The notes beneath the pieces were generated by a model that was not told where the DNA came from, ran no database searches, and saw only the letters and a list, made by a program, of their open reading frames with translations. A program made the translations under genes and the position numbers. 58,275 bases of DNA from an uncultured archaeon (lineage in GTDB: Archaea > Aenigmatarchaeota > Aenigmatarchaeia > GW2011-AR5), in assembly GCA_964373695.1 (NCBI GenBank), contig CAYJVT010000004.1, forward strand, positions 1 through 58,275, in the 5' to 3' direction. Shown in pieces: positions 34,737 through 44,650 of the stretch; within the stretch, counting starts at the first letter, position 1, and each line of letters opens with the position of its first letter.

Positions 34737-37700
34737 ATGAAGGGACTGAAGAGCGTAGGCATCTTCCTTGTCGTGGCGTCGTCCATAATTGCATTCTCGC
34801 TGTCAGTCCTGGCCTCGACATCGTCAAATTTCACGAAAGGCGACATACCGGCGTCGTATTTCGGCGCGTCGCAGCACAATCTCGTGTTCAATGTCACGCT
34901 TCCCGACGGCACCAACGGCGCCGCAGAGGACACGCTTCTCAGGGACGGCTCAGCAGAGACGTGGTCCGGATATGCACTGAATTCTTTCAACTCAACGACG
35001 AAATTCGCAGGCGGCTCCTACACAGGCTCTGAAGCGATAGTAGTTGACTTCAATGACAATGGATTTTTCAACGCGTCCGAAGGCGATTATGCCGTGGTGA
35101 GTTCTGCGCCAGCCGATGGCACAGCAGTGAGCAACGCGTGGGGGAACATAAAATTCTCCGGCACCGCCTTGTTTGACGCGACATCCGACGTATACGACGA
35201 CACCGCCAACGCGGGGATTGTCGACAAGAGAGTGGACCGCGTCTCAAGCATATTGTTCTCCAACAGCGGCACGGCGACAGACATCGATATAAAACTGCGT
35301 GTGTGGAACGACACCGACAGCAACGGGATATTCGACAGGTTCATAGACAAGGAGATAGGCCCGTCATCCGGCATAACAGCCGTAAGCTCCAGCCAGTGGA
35401 ATCTTAGCAACGGGTTTGAGATACCTTTGGGCGGCCAGAGGATATTCGTGACGGTGGATACGTCGACTCCAACAAGCGGCAGGACAATTCGGATAGGAAT
35501 CCCGCAAAACGGCGTCTACGTCGCCTCGAACAACGACGGACCCACGGATGCCGCAGTGACGAACGCTTTCACGCAGACTATAGACATAATAACGCCTTCA
35601 CTTACGGCAGTCTCGATAACGCCTCCTTCACCTGTCAGGACCAACACACTACTGAACGCGACGTGCACTGACGCTTCCGCCCTTACAGTAACCTATAACA
35701 TTGATTCAGCCGCCAACCTGAGCCTTTCGCAGACCGGAGGCTCGTTCACGGCCACTGTTGACATCTCCTCCATTCAGGACGGAGCGCATACCATAAACGT
35801 GTTCTGCTCCGACCCTGCGAACAACACGGCAACCAGCGGCCTCTCGTTTACAGTCGACAAGACCCAGCCGGCTGTATCCATAACCCCTCTTTTCTCCACG
35901 GCAATAAACAACACAGCCATGACGGACAACCTCAGCTTCAGCGGCTCGTTCTCCGACAGCACGACCAGCATACAGTCCGGCGACTACTCGCTCGACGGCG
36001 GCGCCCCGGTCTCGCTGCCGGCGCTCAACGGGAGCTACGGGAACGACATGAACCTGAACTATTCATTCACGCTTTCATCGGTTGCTGACGGGCTGCACAC
36101 CGTATCCGTCAGGACGTTTGACGCTCCAGGCAACCTAGGAAATGCATCTTACGGATTCTTCGTGGACACCGAAGTGCCTGTTTCCTCTGTGAACCCGGCA
36201 TCGGCCTACAAGACATCAAGGGTTTTCCAGCTGCCCTATTCGTCTAACGATTCCGTTCAAACGTCAGGAATACAGAACGTGACTTTATATTATAGGATAA
36301 ACCAGTCCAATCCTTACATTGCATACGCAAACACGACAAACGGCACTTTCATCTTTGACGCCACGGCCCTAGGCGACGGCTTCTATGAATTCTATACATT
36401 GGCAAGGGACAATGCCGGGAACGTCGAAGCGGTGCCGGCAGCTCCAGATGCGAACACAACAATAGACACTGTAATGCCGATTATAGCAAACCTTGCATTT
36501 GTCGAGACGCCCGAATATACGAACGGCACCCAGGCATGGTTCAGGCAGGCATCCCACGCCGCGCTTTCGTTCGTTTCAGCCGTTTCAGACATGACTTCCG
36601 GCCTGCAGCAGTGCAATGCCACATGGGACTCGAGTTCAGACGCGGATGACAAACTCCTGGTGACGAACCTCACAGGAAATGCAACTTTTGTAGGCGTGAA
36701 CGACGATGCAGATGCAACTGTTAACGTAACAGTATCGTGCACCGACAAAGCCGGGCTTGATAACAGGTCTTCAGTGATAATAATGCTTGACGGCACGGCG
36801 CCGTCGATATCAGGGCTCCAGTGGAACGAAACCTCCAGCTACGCTCACGTGAATTTCACTGGCGGGCTTGTGTACAGCTCTGCAATGCCGGCGCCGATAA
36901 CCGTTTCAGCCAGAGGCTCCTCAAGTGACGCAGGCTCCGGCTTCAGAAACGCCAATTTCTCAGCGGTGTTTGGAGACGGCCCTGACAACAGCACCTCGTC
37001 ATCGTGGGAGGCCAATTATACCATAAATCCGTCAGACAGCGGCAACGGCACGATGAACGTCACGGTGTTCGACAATGTCGGCAACCCGCTATCGCAGCTG
37101 CTTAACTTCGCCGAGGACAATGCACCGCCATTGATAACTCTGAGCTCGCCCAACGGCGGCGAACTCCTGAGAGGAGGCTCCGTCTTCACCATAACATGGA
37201 CTCCCGCATCCGACGAGAACGGAATCGCTACGAACAATATCACGATAGAGTACTCCACAGGCTCCTCGTGGACGCTTGTTGCATCCGAACTGCCCAATTC
37301 CGGTTCATACTTATGGGCTATTCCGTCGATAGATTCGTCTTCGGTGACGATAAGGATAAACGCCTCCGACGCTGTCCAGAACGTTGGAAGCGATTCCAGC
37401 AACTCCGTCTTTGCCATAGACTCGGCAGCGCCTTCGATACTTCTGGCGTTCACCAACGACACCGACTCTGACGGTAAGATAGACCGGATAGAGCTCAACT
37501 TCAGCGAGTCCGTCAATGTTCCTTCGCTGTCAGGAGTGAGCATAGCAGGCTACAGCACTGAAGGGACGTACTCCCTTACCAACATAAGGGATCTTTCGAT
37601 ATACCTGCAGGAAGCCTCCGTTGACACCAATGCGACACCGCAGATAACGTTCCTCTCCTCGCTTATAGCCGACCTGTCCGGCAATCTCATACAAAACCAG

Positions 37701-40700
37701 AGCATAACGCCGCAGGACAAGGCAAGGCCCATCCTGCTCGCGGCAAGGACGAACGACACAAACCTCAACGGAAAGATAGACGTTCTCATGCTGAACTTCA
37801 GCGAGCCTGTGAACAACATTGTCGCGAACCTCATCTCAGCGGCGGACGGGTTTTCCATAAGCGGCTACTCAAACCCGTCATTCATATCACCCTCAAAGGT
37901 TCTGGCGAACAATACCGGCGTGCTTAACGTGACGTCCACTAGCACCCTGATGCTGCAGCTAGGGTTCACGGAAGGCTCTTCATACGACACCGGCGCGACG
38001 GCAACGATGAATGCCCTGGCGGGCTATCTTGCGGACGCGGCAGGAAACCCCCTGGTAGCGGCTTCGAGCCTTGCAGTTTTGGACGGCGCGCCGCCTTTCA
38101 TGGCAAACGCCGCGACATCCGACGCGAACGGCAACGGCAAGATAGACAACATAACAATCACGTTCACAGAAGGGTTGCAATTCGATACCATAAACTCTGG
38201 CGGCGGCGACTTTTCGTTACTGCCTTCTTACACCATTCTAGATGTAAATAAAACCGGCTTCGCCGTAGGCAAGCTCGTATTAAGCTTATCAGAACAGACG
38301 TACTTTGACGGCAACGAAACCCCTATAGTCTCGTTTGTGCCGGGCCAGACTCTGAAGGACAGCAACGGAAACAACATGACTTCGGGCTCGGTGACGCCTG
38401 CTGACGGGATAAGGCCTGTCGTCACAACGACTTCAGGCATCGGCATGCTGCTCGGGCCGGGCGATCACAGCTTCAACGCAACGTTCAGCGAGAATGTTTC
38501 TGGTCAGTCCATATATTTCGGGTTACCCAGCGTGTTTTCATTGATATCCGGCACGTTCAACTCATCTTTCTGGAACGGCACGATAAGGCTGAATTCGTCT
38601 GTCCCTGACGGAACTTATACGATAAACATCACAGGAGCTTCAGACACTTCGGGCAACAGGATGCTTGACAACACATCTTTCTCCTTCACATCCGACCAGA
38701 CTCCCCCTGCTATAACATTCCTCAGCCAGACGCCGCAGAACAATGACGTCAGGTTTGAAAACAACACACTGATCAACGCAACGATAACAGACGCAAGCCA
38801 GATAAGCAGCGTAACGGTTCTATGGAACAGCGTCCTCTACAACCTCAGCAACTCATCGGGCAATTATTACGCCAATATCACCAGCCAGCCCGACGGCGCA
38901 TACAGCTTTAACATAACCGCAAATGACACGCTGGGCAACTCGAGGACAACGGAAACGAGGAATATAACGATATTCGCGTCCTATCCCAGAGTAACACTGA
39001 TAATTCCCACTCCTGCCAACGGCACGTATGCAAACTCACCTGTCTTCATTGTAAACGCAACTGCAATAGGCGCTGGTGTAGCTGCGGCTTACATCAATAT
39101 TTCCGGCTCTTCATTCTGGATGACGAACACCACGGCCGGCGTATTCAATGCAACAGTCAGCCTTCCTGACGGAACTTACATGTACAACGTGACTTCGCTC
39201 AATGCGAGCGGCGGGATAATCAACGTATCAGAAACCCGCTTCATAACAATAGACACCATAATTCCTGTGATAAACAGCGTTTCCGTGTCTTCTGACAGGG
39301 CGGGTTATTTCAACCAGACTGGCCTGAACTCATACACAGTGAACAACCTTCTTGGACAGGGCGGCGGGCAAAACCTGACGTTCACAGTTAATGCCACGGA
39401 TTCATCGCCTTTGAACGTTTCCCTGACAAGCGGGCCGCAGGTAATCCCGTCAACAGGATTTCCTTATATCATGACGCTCCAGATAACCCCGTTCTATGCA
39501 GGCGTCATAAACGTGAGCATAAACGTTACGGATGCCGCCGGGAACCTTAACACGACAAACATCACAATAGGCATAGACAACGGGCCGCCGCAGATCAATA
39601 GGATAACAATCGATAACACGCCTCCCGGAATAACGTCGTTCGCCGGCAACACGCTTTTCTTCGGGAACATAACGTCGGCCCAGTTCAACATATCCGGGAA
39701 CGCGTCCGATGCCAACGGCCTCGGCTCGCTCTTCTCGAATTCGCCTTACCCTAACCAGACGTCATTCAACTCGGCAACCGGCAACTGGAGCATCCTCCTG
39801 TCCCTCAATGAAAATTCCACCAGCGGAATCGTGGCGATTACAGTGACCGACATAGTCGGCAACAGCGCAAACCTGTCGCTGACAGTGACAAAGGACAGCA
39901 ACAGCCCGACTGCGCCTGTCCTTTCATCCCTGCCGCAGTTCGTATCATCCTATCCTGCACTCTCATGGGCGAGCTCAACTGACACGGAATCCGGAACAAG
40001 AGGCTACATAGTCATGAGGTCGGCGGACAATGCGACTTTCATTAACGCGTCTAGCGTCCTCTCCAACTCCACGACAAATTTCACTGACACGTCGTCGCCC
40101 GAAGGCCTATTGTTCTACATGATAAAGGCAATCGACAACGTGAACAACACCAGAAGCTCAAACACCGTCAGCACGACTGTAGACTTCTCGGCGCCTGCAA
40201 TAACGTCGGTGAATGCCACAAAGGTCAACGACATCGGCACCGTCGTGAACATCACTGCAAACATAACCGATACGATAGGAGTGAATGAAGTAATCATCAA
40301 TGCAACGGTCAGAAACCAGACTAATATAATATTTACAACCTACATGACGAAAGTGCTTGGTACTTACAATATCACGTGGAACACGACAAACCTTACAGAA
40401 GGATTCTATTACATAGGGATAAACGCCACCGATCTGTTCAACCGGACAACAAGCGTGGACAAGGTTCTTGTCATACTGCTGAGAGCGCCTTCAACAACGC
40501 TTGCCACGCCGCAGTCAATATTCACCAATTCGTCCGTTACGACAGTGGCCAACACCACAAGCAGCGTGAACACCGACGTCGGCCTGGCGCTTGACTTAAT
40601 AACAAATTCATCATCGGCGGGAAGCATCAATGTCCTGTCATACAATACGAATCCGGCGGGAAGCACCTCAGGCGTCACGTCGCTGCTTGCCCTCAGCAAA

Positions 40701-41522
40701 TACTTCGACATAATCCTGAGCGACAGCCTCAATTCCACGCTGTCGAACGCGACCATAAGGATAAGCTACACCGATGCGGAACTGGCGGCAGCCGGGATAG
40801 ACGAGTTAAGCCTCAAAATATACTTGTGGACAGGCTCAACATGGCAAGCCCAGACAAGCACAGTCGACGCCGCCGGCAACACAGTCTCGGCAACAGTCCC
40901 GCATTTCAGCATTTATTCGACATTCGGCTCGGCACCTCCCGCAACGCCTGCGGCTCCTTCCGTTTCCGGAGGAGGGGGCGGTGGAGGCGGAGGCGGCTTC
41001 GCAGCATGCCTGGAGAACTGGGTGTGCACCGACTATTTGGCATGCTCAGTATACGGAACGCAAAAAAGAACATGCGTTGACAAGAACAGATGCGGCACCA
41101 TAAGAGGCAAGCCAGCAGAGAGCCGGTCATGCACATTCACTGAGACGCCAGTTTGCGGCAACGGCATAGTTGAAACCGGCGAGCAATGCGATACCATCGA
41201 CCAGGCGTGCACGAGCGCCGAAGGCTATGTAGGAAAGAAGGCGTGCTCAACCACGTGCAACCTTGGCATATGCATCCCACTTGAGAATTGCGGCGACGGC
41301 ATCTGCAACGGCCCTGAAACATCCCTGACTTGCTCGTCGGACTGCAGGCCCGGACAGACAGGCGCAGGCATACCAGTGACAGGGCAAGCGATATCGGTCG
41401 TGGCCGACCCGCTGCTTTCCACCGTCATCATCGCAGGTATTGCAGCCATTCTTTTCACCGCATGGAACATAAGAAACAGGAGAAAATCCGCGGCCGACAA
41501 GGAAAACAAGAAAAAAAGATAG
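34737..41522 (+). CDS. giant sequon-rich surface protein 3 with Cys-rich stalk and C-terminal TM anchor
   Basis: - The ATG at 34737 gives the signal peptide MKGLKSVGIFLVVASSIIAFSLSVLAS. The ORF is open from the GTG at 34668.
- Many Ig/FN3-like segments.
- PGF-pre-PGF-like segment (SLKIYLWTGSTWQAQ...VPHFSIYSTFG).
- Gly10 linker.
- Cys-rich repeats (CGNGIVETGEQCD, CGDGICNGPETSLTCSSDC).
- TM helix and basic tail. Confidence 0.85.
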   Translation: MKGLKSVGIFLVVASSIIAFSLSVLASTSSNFTKGDIPASYFGASQHNLVFNVTLPDGTNGAAEDTLLRDGSAETWSGYALNSFNSTTKFAGGSYTGSEAIVVDFNDNGFFNASEGDYAVVSSAPADGTAVSNAWGNIKFSGTALFDATSDVYDDTANAGIVDKRVDRVSSILFSNSGTATDIDIKLRVWNDTDSNGIFDRFIDKEIGPSSGITAVSSSQWNLSNGFEIPLGGQRIFVTVDTSTPTSGRTIRIGIPQNGVYVASNNDGPTDAAVTNAFTQTIDIITPSLTAVSITPPSPVRTNTLLNATCTDASALTVTYNIDSAANLSLSQTGGSFTATVDISSIQDGAHTINVFCSDPANNTATSGLSFTVDKTQPAVSITPLFSTAINNTAMTDNLSFSGSFSDSTTSIQSGDYSLDGGAPVSLPALNGSYGNDMNLNYSFTLSSVADGLHTVSVRTFDAPGNLGNASYGFFVDTEVPVSSVNPASAYKTSRVFQLPYSSNDSVQTSGIQNVTLYYRINQSNPYIAYANTTNGTFIFDATALGDGFYEFYTLARDNAGNVEAVPAAPDANTTIDTVMPIIANLAFVETPEYTNGTQAWFRQASHAALSFVSAVSDMTSGLQQCNATWDSSSDADDKLLVTNLTGNATFVGVNDDADATVNVTVSCTDKAGLDNRSSVIIMLDGTAPSISGLQWNETSSYAHVNFTGGLVYSSAMPAPITVSARGSSSDAGSGFRNANFSAVFGDGPDNSTSSSWEANYTINPSDSGNGTMNVTVFDNVGNPLSQLLNFAEDNAPPLITLSSPNGGELLRGGSVFTITWTPASDENGIATNNITIEYSTGSSWTLVASELPNSGSYLWAIPSIDSSSVTIRINASDAVQNVGSDSSNSVFAIDSAAPSILLAFTNDTDSDGKIDRIELNFSESVNVPSLSGVSIAGYSTEGTYSLTNIRDLSIYLQEASVDTNATPQITFLSSLIADLSGNLIQNQSITPQDKARPILLAARTNDTNLNGKIDVLMLNFSEPVNNIVANLISAADGFSISGYSNPSFISPSKVLANNTGVLNVTSTSTLMLQLGFTEGSSYDTGATATMNALAGYLADAAGNPLVAASSLAVLDGAPPFMANAATSDANGNGKIDNITITFTEGLQFDTINSGGGDFSLLPSYTILDVNKTGFAVGKLVLSLSEQTYFDGNETPIVSFVPGQTLKDSNGNNMTSGSVTPADGIRPVVTTTSGIGMLLGPGDHSFNATFSENVSGQSIYFGLPSVFSLISGTFNSSFWNGTIRLNSSVPDGTYTINITGASDTSGNRMLDNTSFSFTSDQTPPAITFLSQTPQNNDVRFENNTLINATITDASQISSVTVLWNSVLYNLSNSSGNYYANITSQPDGAYSFNITANDTLGNSRTTETRNITIFASYPRVTLIIPTPANGTYANSPVFIVNATAIGAGVAAAYINISGSSFWMTNTTAGVFNATVSLPDGTYMYNVTSLNASGGIINVSETRFITIDTIIPVINSVSVSSDRAGYFNQTGLNSYTVNNLLGQGGGQNLTFTVNATDSSPLNVSLTSGPQVIPSTGFPYIMTLQITPFYAGVINVSINVTDAAGNLNTTNITIGIDNGPPQINRITIDNTPPGITSFAGNTLFFGNITSAQFNISGNASDANGLGSLFSNSPYPNQTSFNSATGNWSILLSLNENSTSGIVAITVTDIVGNSANLSLTVTKDSNSPTAPVLSSLPQFVSSYPALSWASSTDTESGTRGYIVMRSADNATFINASSVLSNSTTNFTDTSSPEGLLFYMIKAIDNVNNTRSSNTVSTTVDFSAPAITSVNATKVNDIGTVVNITANITDTIGVNEVIINATVRNQTNIIFTTYMTKVLGTYNITWNTTNLTEGFYYIGINATDLFNRTTSVDKVLVILLRAPSTTLATPQSIFTNSSVTTVANTTSSVNTDVGLALDLITNSSSAGSINVLSYNTNPAGSTSGVTSLLALSKYFDIILSDSLNSTLSNATIRISYTDAELAAAGIDELSLKIYLWTGSTWQAQTSTVDAAGNTVSATVPHFSIYSTFGSAPPATPAAPSVSGGGGGGGGGGFAACLENWVCTDYLACSVYGTQKRTCVDKNRCGTIRGKPAESRSCTFTETPVCGNGIVETGEQCDTIDQACTSAEGYVGKKACSTTCNLGICIPLENCGDGICNGPETSLTCSSDCRPGQTGAGIPVTGQAISVVADPLLSTVIIAGIAAILFTAWNIRNRRKSAADKENKKKR
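37446..38178 (+). repeat. three tandem ~100-120-aa domain repeats inside giant gene 3
   Basis: Each repeat opens with TNDTDSDGKIDRIELNFSESVN (about 37446), TNDTNLNGKIDVLMLNFSEPVN (about 37743) or TSDANGNGKIDNITITFTEGL (about 38108). These are D/N-x-D/N-G-K-I-D calcium-loop-like motifs. Confidence 0.7.
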
Positions 41523-41544
41523 TTTCAAGAATTTCCGAGGAAAT

Positions 41545-42465
41545 ATGATATACATGAAAAACATGGCAACTATGATTGTAATGTTCTCGGCCGTTCTGTC
41601 AGGCCTTGCCATGGCACAGGAGCGGCCCGGAGTCGTCTCCACCCTGGATTCACTCGTGATACCGGAAGGCAATATCATGATGGTTCCAGAGGAAAGGTAT
41701 CACACCAATAACGGGCTTACATTATCGCTCGGGAAGGTCTCAAACAATCTTGACTTCTCAATCCTCGCAAGGAACATAACGTTTGCCGGAAACTCGCTGC
41801 CGATAGACATAATAATAGCCCCTAACTCAACATGGACATACGTGAGGCTTGACGGGATGCTGATAGTCCCGAAGACGCCCGCCATCATAGACACCGAGAA
41901 AACCTCGTTCTACCAGAGCAGCAGGCAGCTTCATATCTCATTCGACGGCACAGACGAGGTTGACATATACTTCAAGAACTACGGCCCGCCCCAGATAGTC
42001 ATTTCCGACACCAACATAATATGGTCGTTCAAGGACTCCGTCCTTAACGTGAAATCAACTGGCGTGATGAAGAATATCGACGTCTACTGGCTGGACGAAA
42101 CCAACAATACCGTTTTCGTGGAGGACAGGAGGAAGGTAGAATCCCTCGAGTACGTGATATCAAGGCTCGCTGAAGAGCTGCCGAAAGCGAACGGTCTCCT
42201 CGTGAAGCTGAGGCTCAAGAACGACGACCTAAGGAAAGCCATGTTTTCCGTGGATTCAAGGCTGGCTGCCGTCGCAAGCGAGAAGTCCATGATGAATGAC
42301 GCGATAGCCCAGGCAAACTCCACCGCGGCAAAGATGGAAGGAATAGTCTCAGGGAACGTCGTAGTGAGTCAGAGCGCTTTCGCTCTGGCAGCCATAATAG
42401 CGATAATTTCCGCCATGGTCCTCATTGACGCCCTGACGTCCAGAAGAAAAGGTGAGCTCCGATGA
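41545..42465 (+). CDS. secreted/membrane-anchored coiled-coil protein
   Basis: N-terminal signal peptide (MATMIVMFSAVLSGLAMAQ), a coiled-coil region, then a C-terminal TM (AFALAAIIAIISAMVLI) with a basic tail. It lies 22 nt after giant gene 3. Confidence 0.6.
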   Translation: MIYMKNMATMIVMFSAVLSGLAMAQERPGVVSTLDSLVIPEGNIMMVPEERYHTNNGLTLSLGKVSNNLDFSILARNITFAGNSLPIDIIIAPNSTWTYVRLDGMLIVPKTPAIIDTEKTSFYQSSRQLHISFDGTDEVDIYFKNYGPPQIVISDTNIIWSFKDSVLNVKSTGVMKNIDVYWLDETNNTVFVEDRRKVESLEYVISRLAEELPKANGLLVKLRLKNDDLRKAMFSVDSRLAAVASEKSMMNDAIAQANSTAAKMEGIVSGNVVVSQSAFALAAIIAIISAMVLIDALTSRRKGELR

Positions 42466-43004
42466 AAAAGACTATAATCATGGCAATTCTGCTGATGGCG
42501 GCATATTCCAACGCAGCATTCATCATACAGGACGGCAGCGCCTATAAGATATTGAACGAGATAACTTCCAGCCACGTATCCAGAGGAACCTTGCTCTTCG
42601 TAAATTACATAATATTCGAGAACCAGACGATGATAGACGAGCTTGAAGCCGAGGAGAGGGAAATGAATTTCAGCGTTTCCAGGGCAAATTTCGAAAGCGT
42701 CAGGCTTGAGGCCGAAAACAACAGGACTTCCGACATCATAGAAAAGAAATCGTCCGCCCTCCTGATAGCTGAATCCGAGAGGAACAGCACGAGGAATATA
42801 TTAAGCTCTATCGAGGCGAAAAAATCCAGGCTGGAAGGGGTGATAAACTCATCCGTCCTCCTGTCAGGCGGCACCTACAACATAAGCGCCGCCATCTTCA
42901 TCATACTGATCATTCTCACGATAACCATGAAGTCGAGAAGCATGATGCTGAAATACGGCATAAACCTGAAGAAAAACGTGGCTGAAAAGGAAAGAAAGAG
43001 CTAG
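42462..43004 (+). CDS. secreted/membrane-anchored coiled-coil protein
   Basis: ATGA overlap with the previous gene. Same layout: signal peptide, coiled coil, C-terminal TM (AAIFIILIILTITM). Confidence 0.6.
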   Translation: MKKTIIMAILLMAAYSNAAFIIQDGSAYKILNEITSSHVSRGTLLFVNYIIFENQTMIDELEAEEREMNFSVSRANFESVRLEAENNRTSDIIEKKSSALLIAESERNSTRNILSSIEAKKSRLEGVINSSVLLSGGTYNISAAIFIILIILTITMKSRSMMLKYGINLKKNVAEKERKS

Positions 43005-43024
43005 CTACGCAAAAAATAATTTTC

Positions 43025-43264
43025 TCATTCATTTCCTGAAAACATGCCTTTTTCCTTCGCTATCCTGAAAAACTCTTCCCATACAACGTCCATAGAGTCT
43101 TCTCTCCCACAACCATAATTTCTGGATTTTTCCATCAACATCTCAAGCGTCACATCTTGTTCCTTCCATGCCCGGCCGCCTCCGGAAGTATACGTATATC
43201 TTTTTACGGCCTTCAGTTTATCTATCTCTGCGAGAAAGTCAACAATTTTTCCCGGTTTTGTCAT
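43025..43264 (-). CDS. hypothetical protein
   Basis: 79-aa ORF in the gap before srp54. No family recognised. Confidence 0.4.
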   Translation of the reverse strand: MTKPGKIVDFLAEIDKLKAVKRYTYTSGGGRAWKEQDVTLEMLMEKSRNYGCGREDSMDVVWEEFFRIAKEKGMFSGNE

Positions 43265-43318
43265 CCATTACCGTAACTTATATCAAGTCTTTAAACCCTT
43301 TCATCACAACTTATTCGC

Positions 43319-44650
43319 ATGCTGAAGGGACTGTCGGCGAAGCTCAGGGAAAGCCTAGAAAAGTTAGCGAGGAGCGGTGCGGACAAAGAAGCGGTCGAGG
43401 AGATGCTGCGGGACATGCAAAGGAGCCTGATATCCGCAGACGTCGATGTCAGGACTGTTTATGATATGACGGAAGCCCTGCGCAAGAGATGCCAGGGCGA
43501 CATGCTTCCTGGGATGACGAGGAAGGAGCACGTCATAAAGGCCGTCTATGAGGAGCTCACGAGGATAATGGGCGAGAAGAAGCCTGACGTGAGCCTGGGC
43601 AGGAAGAAAATACTTCTGGTGGGGCTGTACGCCTCCGGAAAGACGAGCACGGCGGCCAAGCTGGCCAGATTCTACAAGAAAAAGGGGCTGAAGCCGGCCC
43701 TGGTGGCATGCGACACCATAAGGCCTGCCGCATACGAGCAGCTGCAGCAACTGGCGGAAAAGATAGAAGTGCCGTTCTACGGGGAGAAGGGGGAGAAAGA
43801 CTCTGCAAGGATACTCTCCAATGCGCTGAAGAAATTTGACGAAGACGTCATAATAATAGACTCGGCCGGAAGGAATGCTCTGGAGTTGGAGCTCATAGAC
43901 GAGGTGAAGAGACTCAATGAAACGGCCAGGAAGAGCGTGAAGGAAGATGAGTCGATGGAGAAAATACTCGTCCTACCGGCCGACATAGGCCAGGCCGCCA
44001 AAGTCCAGGCAGCATCATTTCACGAAGCTCTCGGCATAACGGACGTGATAGTGACGAAGCTCGACGCGACCGCGAAAGGCGGCGGGGCTCTCACAGCATG
44101 CTACCAGACCGGCGCCAAGGTGAAGTTCATAACCGTCGGCGAAGGCGTCGACGACCTTGAAATGTACAACCCGGAGAAATTTGTCTCAAGGCTGATAGGA
44201 TTTCCAGACCTTGAAACGCTCCTTGAGAAGGCCAGGTCCAGCATCGACGAGGACAAGGCCAAAAAGATAATAAAGGGAGACTTCGACATAGAGGACTTCT
44301 ACTCGCAGGTAGAAGGCGTCAGGGGGATGGGCTCGCTGTCGCAGATAATGGACACCATGGGCCTGGGGAAGATGGCGAAAAAGGTACCCAACCTTGACGT
44401 TCAGGAAGCGAAGATGAAGAAATGGAAATACGCCATACAGAGCATGAGCACGGAAGAAAAGGCGAACCCCGAGAGCATAAACTCGTCGCGCATAAGGCGC
44501 ATAGCAAAAGGCTCCGGATGCACCGAGGCCGAGGTCAGGGAGCTCCTGAGCAACTACCAGAAGTCGAAGAAGATGATGAAGATGATCTCCCCCGGCAAGC
44601 TCAAAAGAGGCGGCATGGCGGGCCTCTTCAGGCAGTTCGGCTTAAGGTGA
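43319..44650 (+). CDS. srp54: signal recognition particle protein SRP54
   Basis: N domain, G domain (GLYASGKTSTAAKLA, DSAGR, TKLD..AKGG) and a Met-rich M domain (MGSLSQIMDTMGLGKM...KKMMKMI). Confidence 0.95.
   Translation: MLKGLSAKLRESLEKLARSGADKEAVEEMLRDMQRSLISADVDVRTVYDMTEALRKRCQGDMLPGMTRKEHVIKAVYEELTRIMGEKKPDVSLGRKKILLVGLYASGKTSTAAKLARFYKKKGLKPALVACDTIRPAAYEQLQQLAEKIEVPFYGEKGEKDSARILSNALKKFDEDVIIIDSAGRNALELELIDEVKRLNETARKSVKEDESMEKILVLPADIGQAAKVQAASFHEALGITDVIVTKLDATAKGGGALTACYQTGAKVKFITVGEGVDDLEMYNPEKFVSRLIGFPDLETLLEKARSSIDEDKAKKIIKGDFDIEDFYSQVEGVRGMGSLSQIMDTMGLGKMAKKVPNLDVQEAKMKKWKYAIQSMSTEEKANPESINSSRIRRIAKGSGCTEAEVRELLSNYQKSKKMMKMISPGKLKRGGMAGLFRQFGLR

Noticed and set aside
40969-40998. 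GGN-rich simple repeats, also at about 14268-14292 and 27240-27285, as possible non-coding tandem repeats or CRISPR-like arrays
   Set aside because: They are in frame and encode poly-Gly/Ser linkers within long ORFs. No repeat-spacer periodicity exists anywhere in the window, so no CRISPR array is present.
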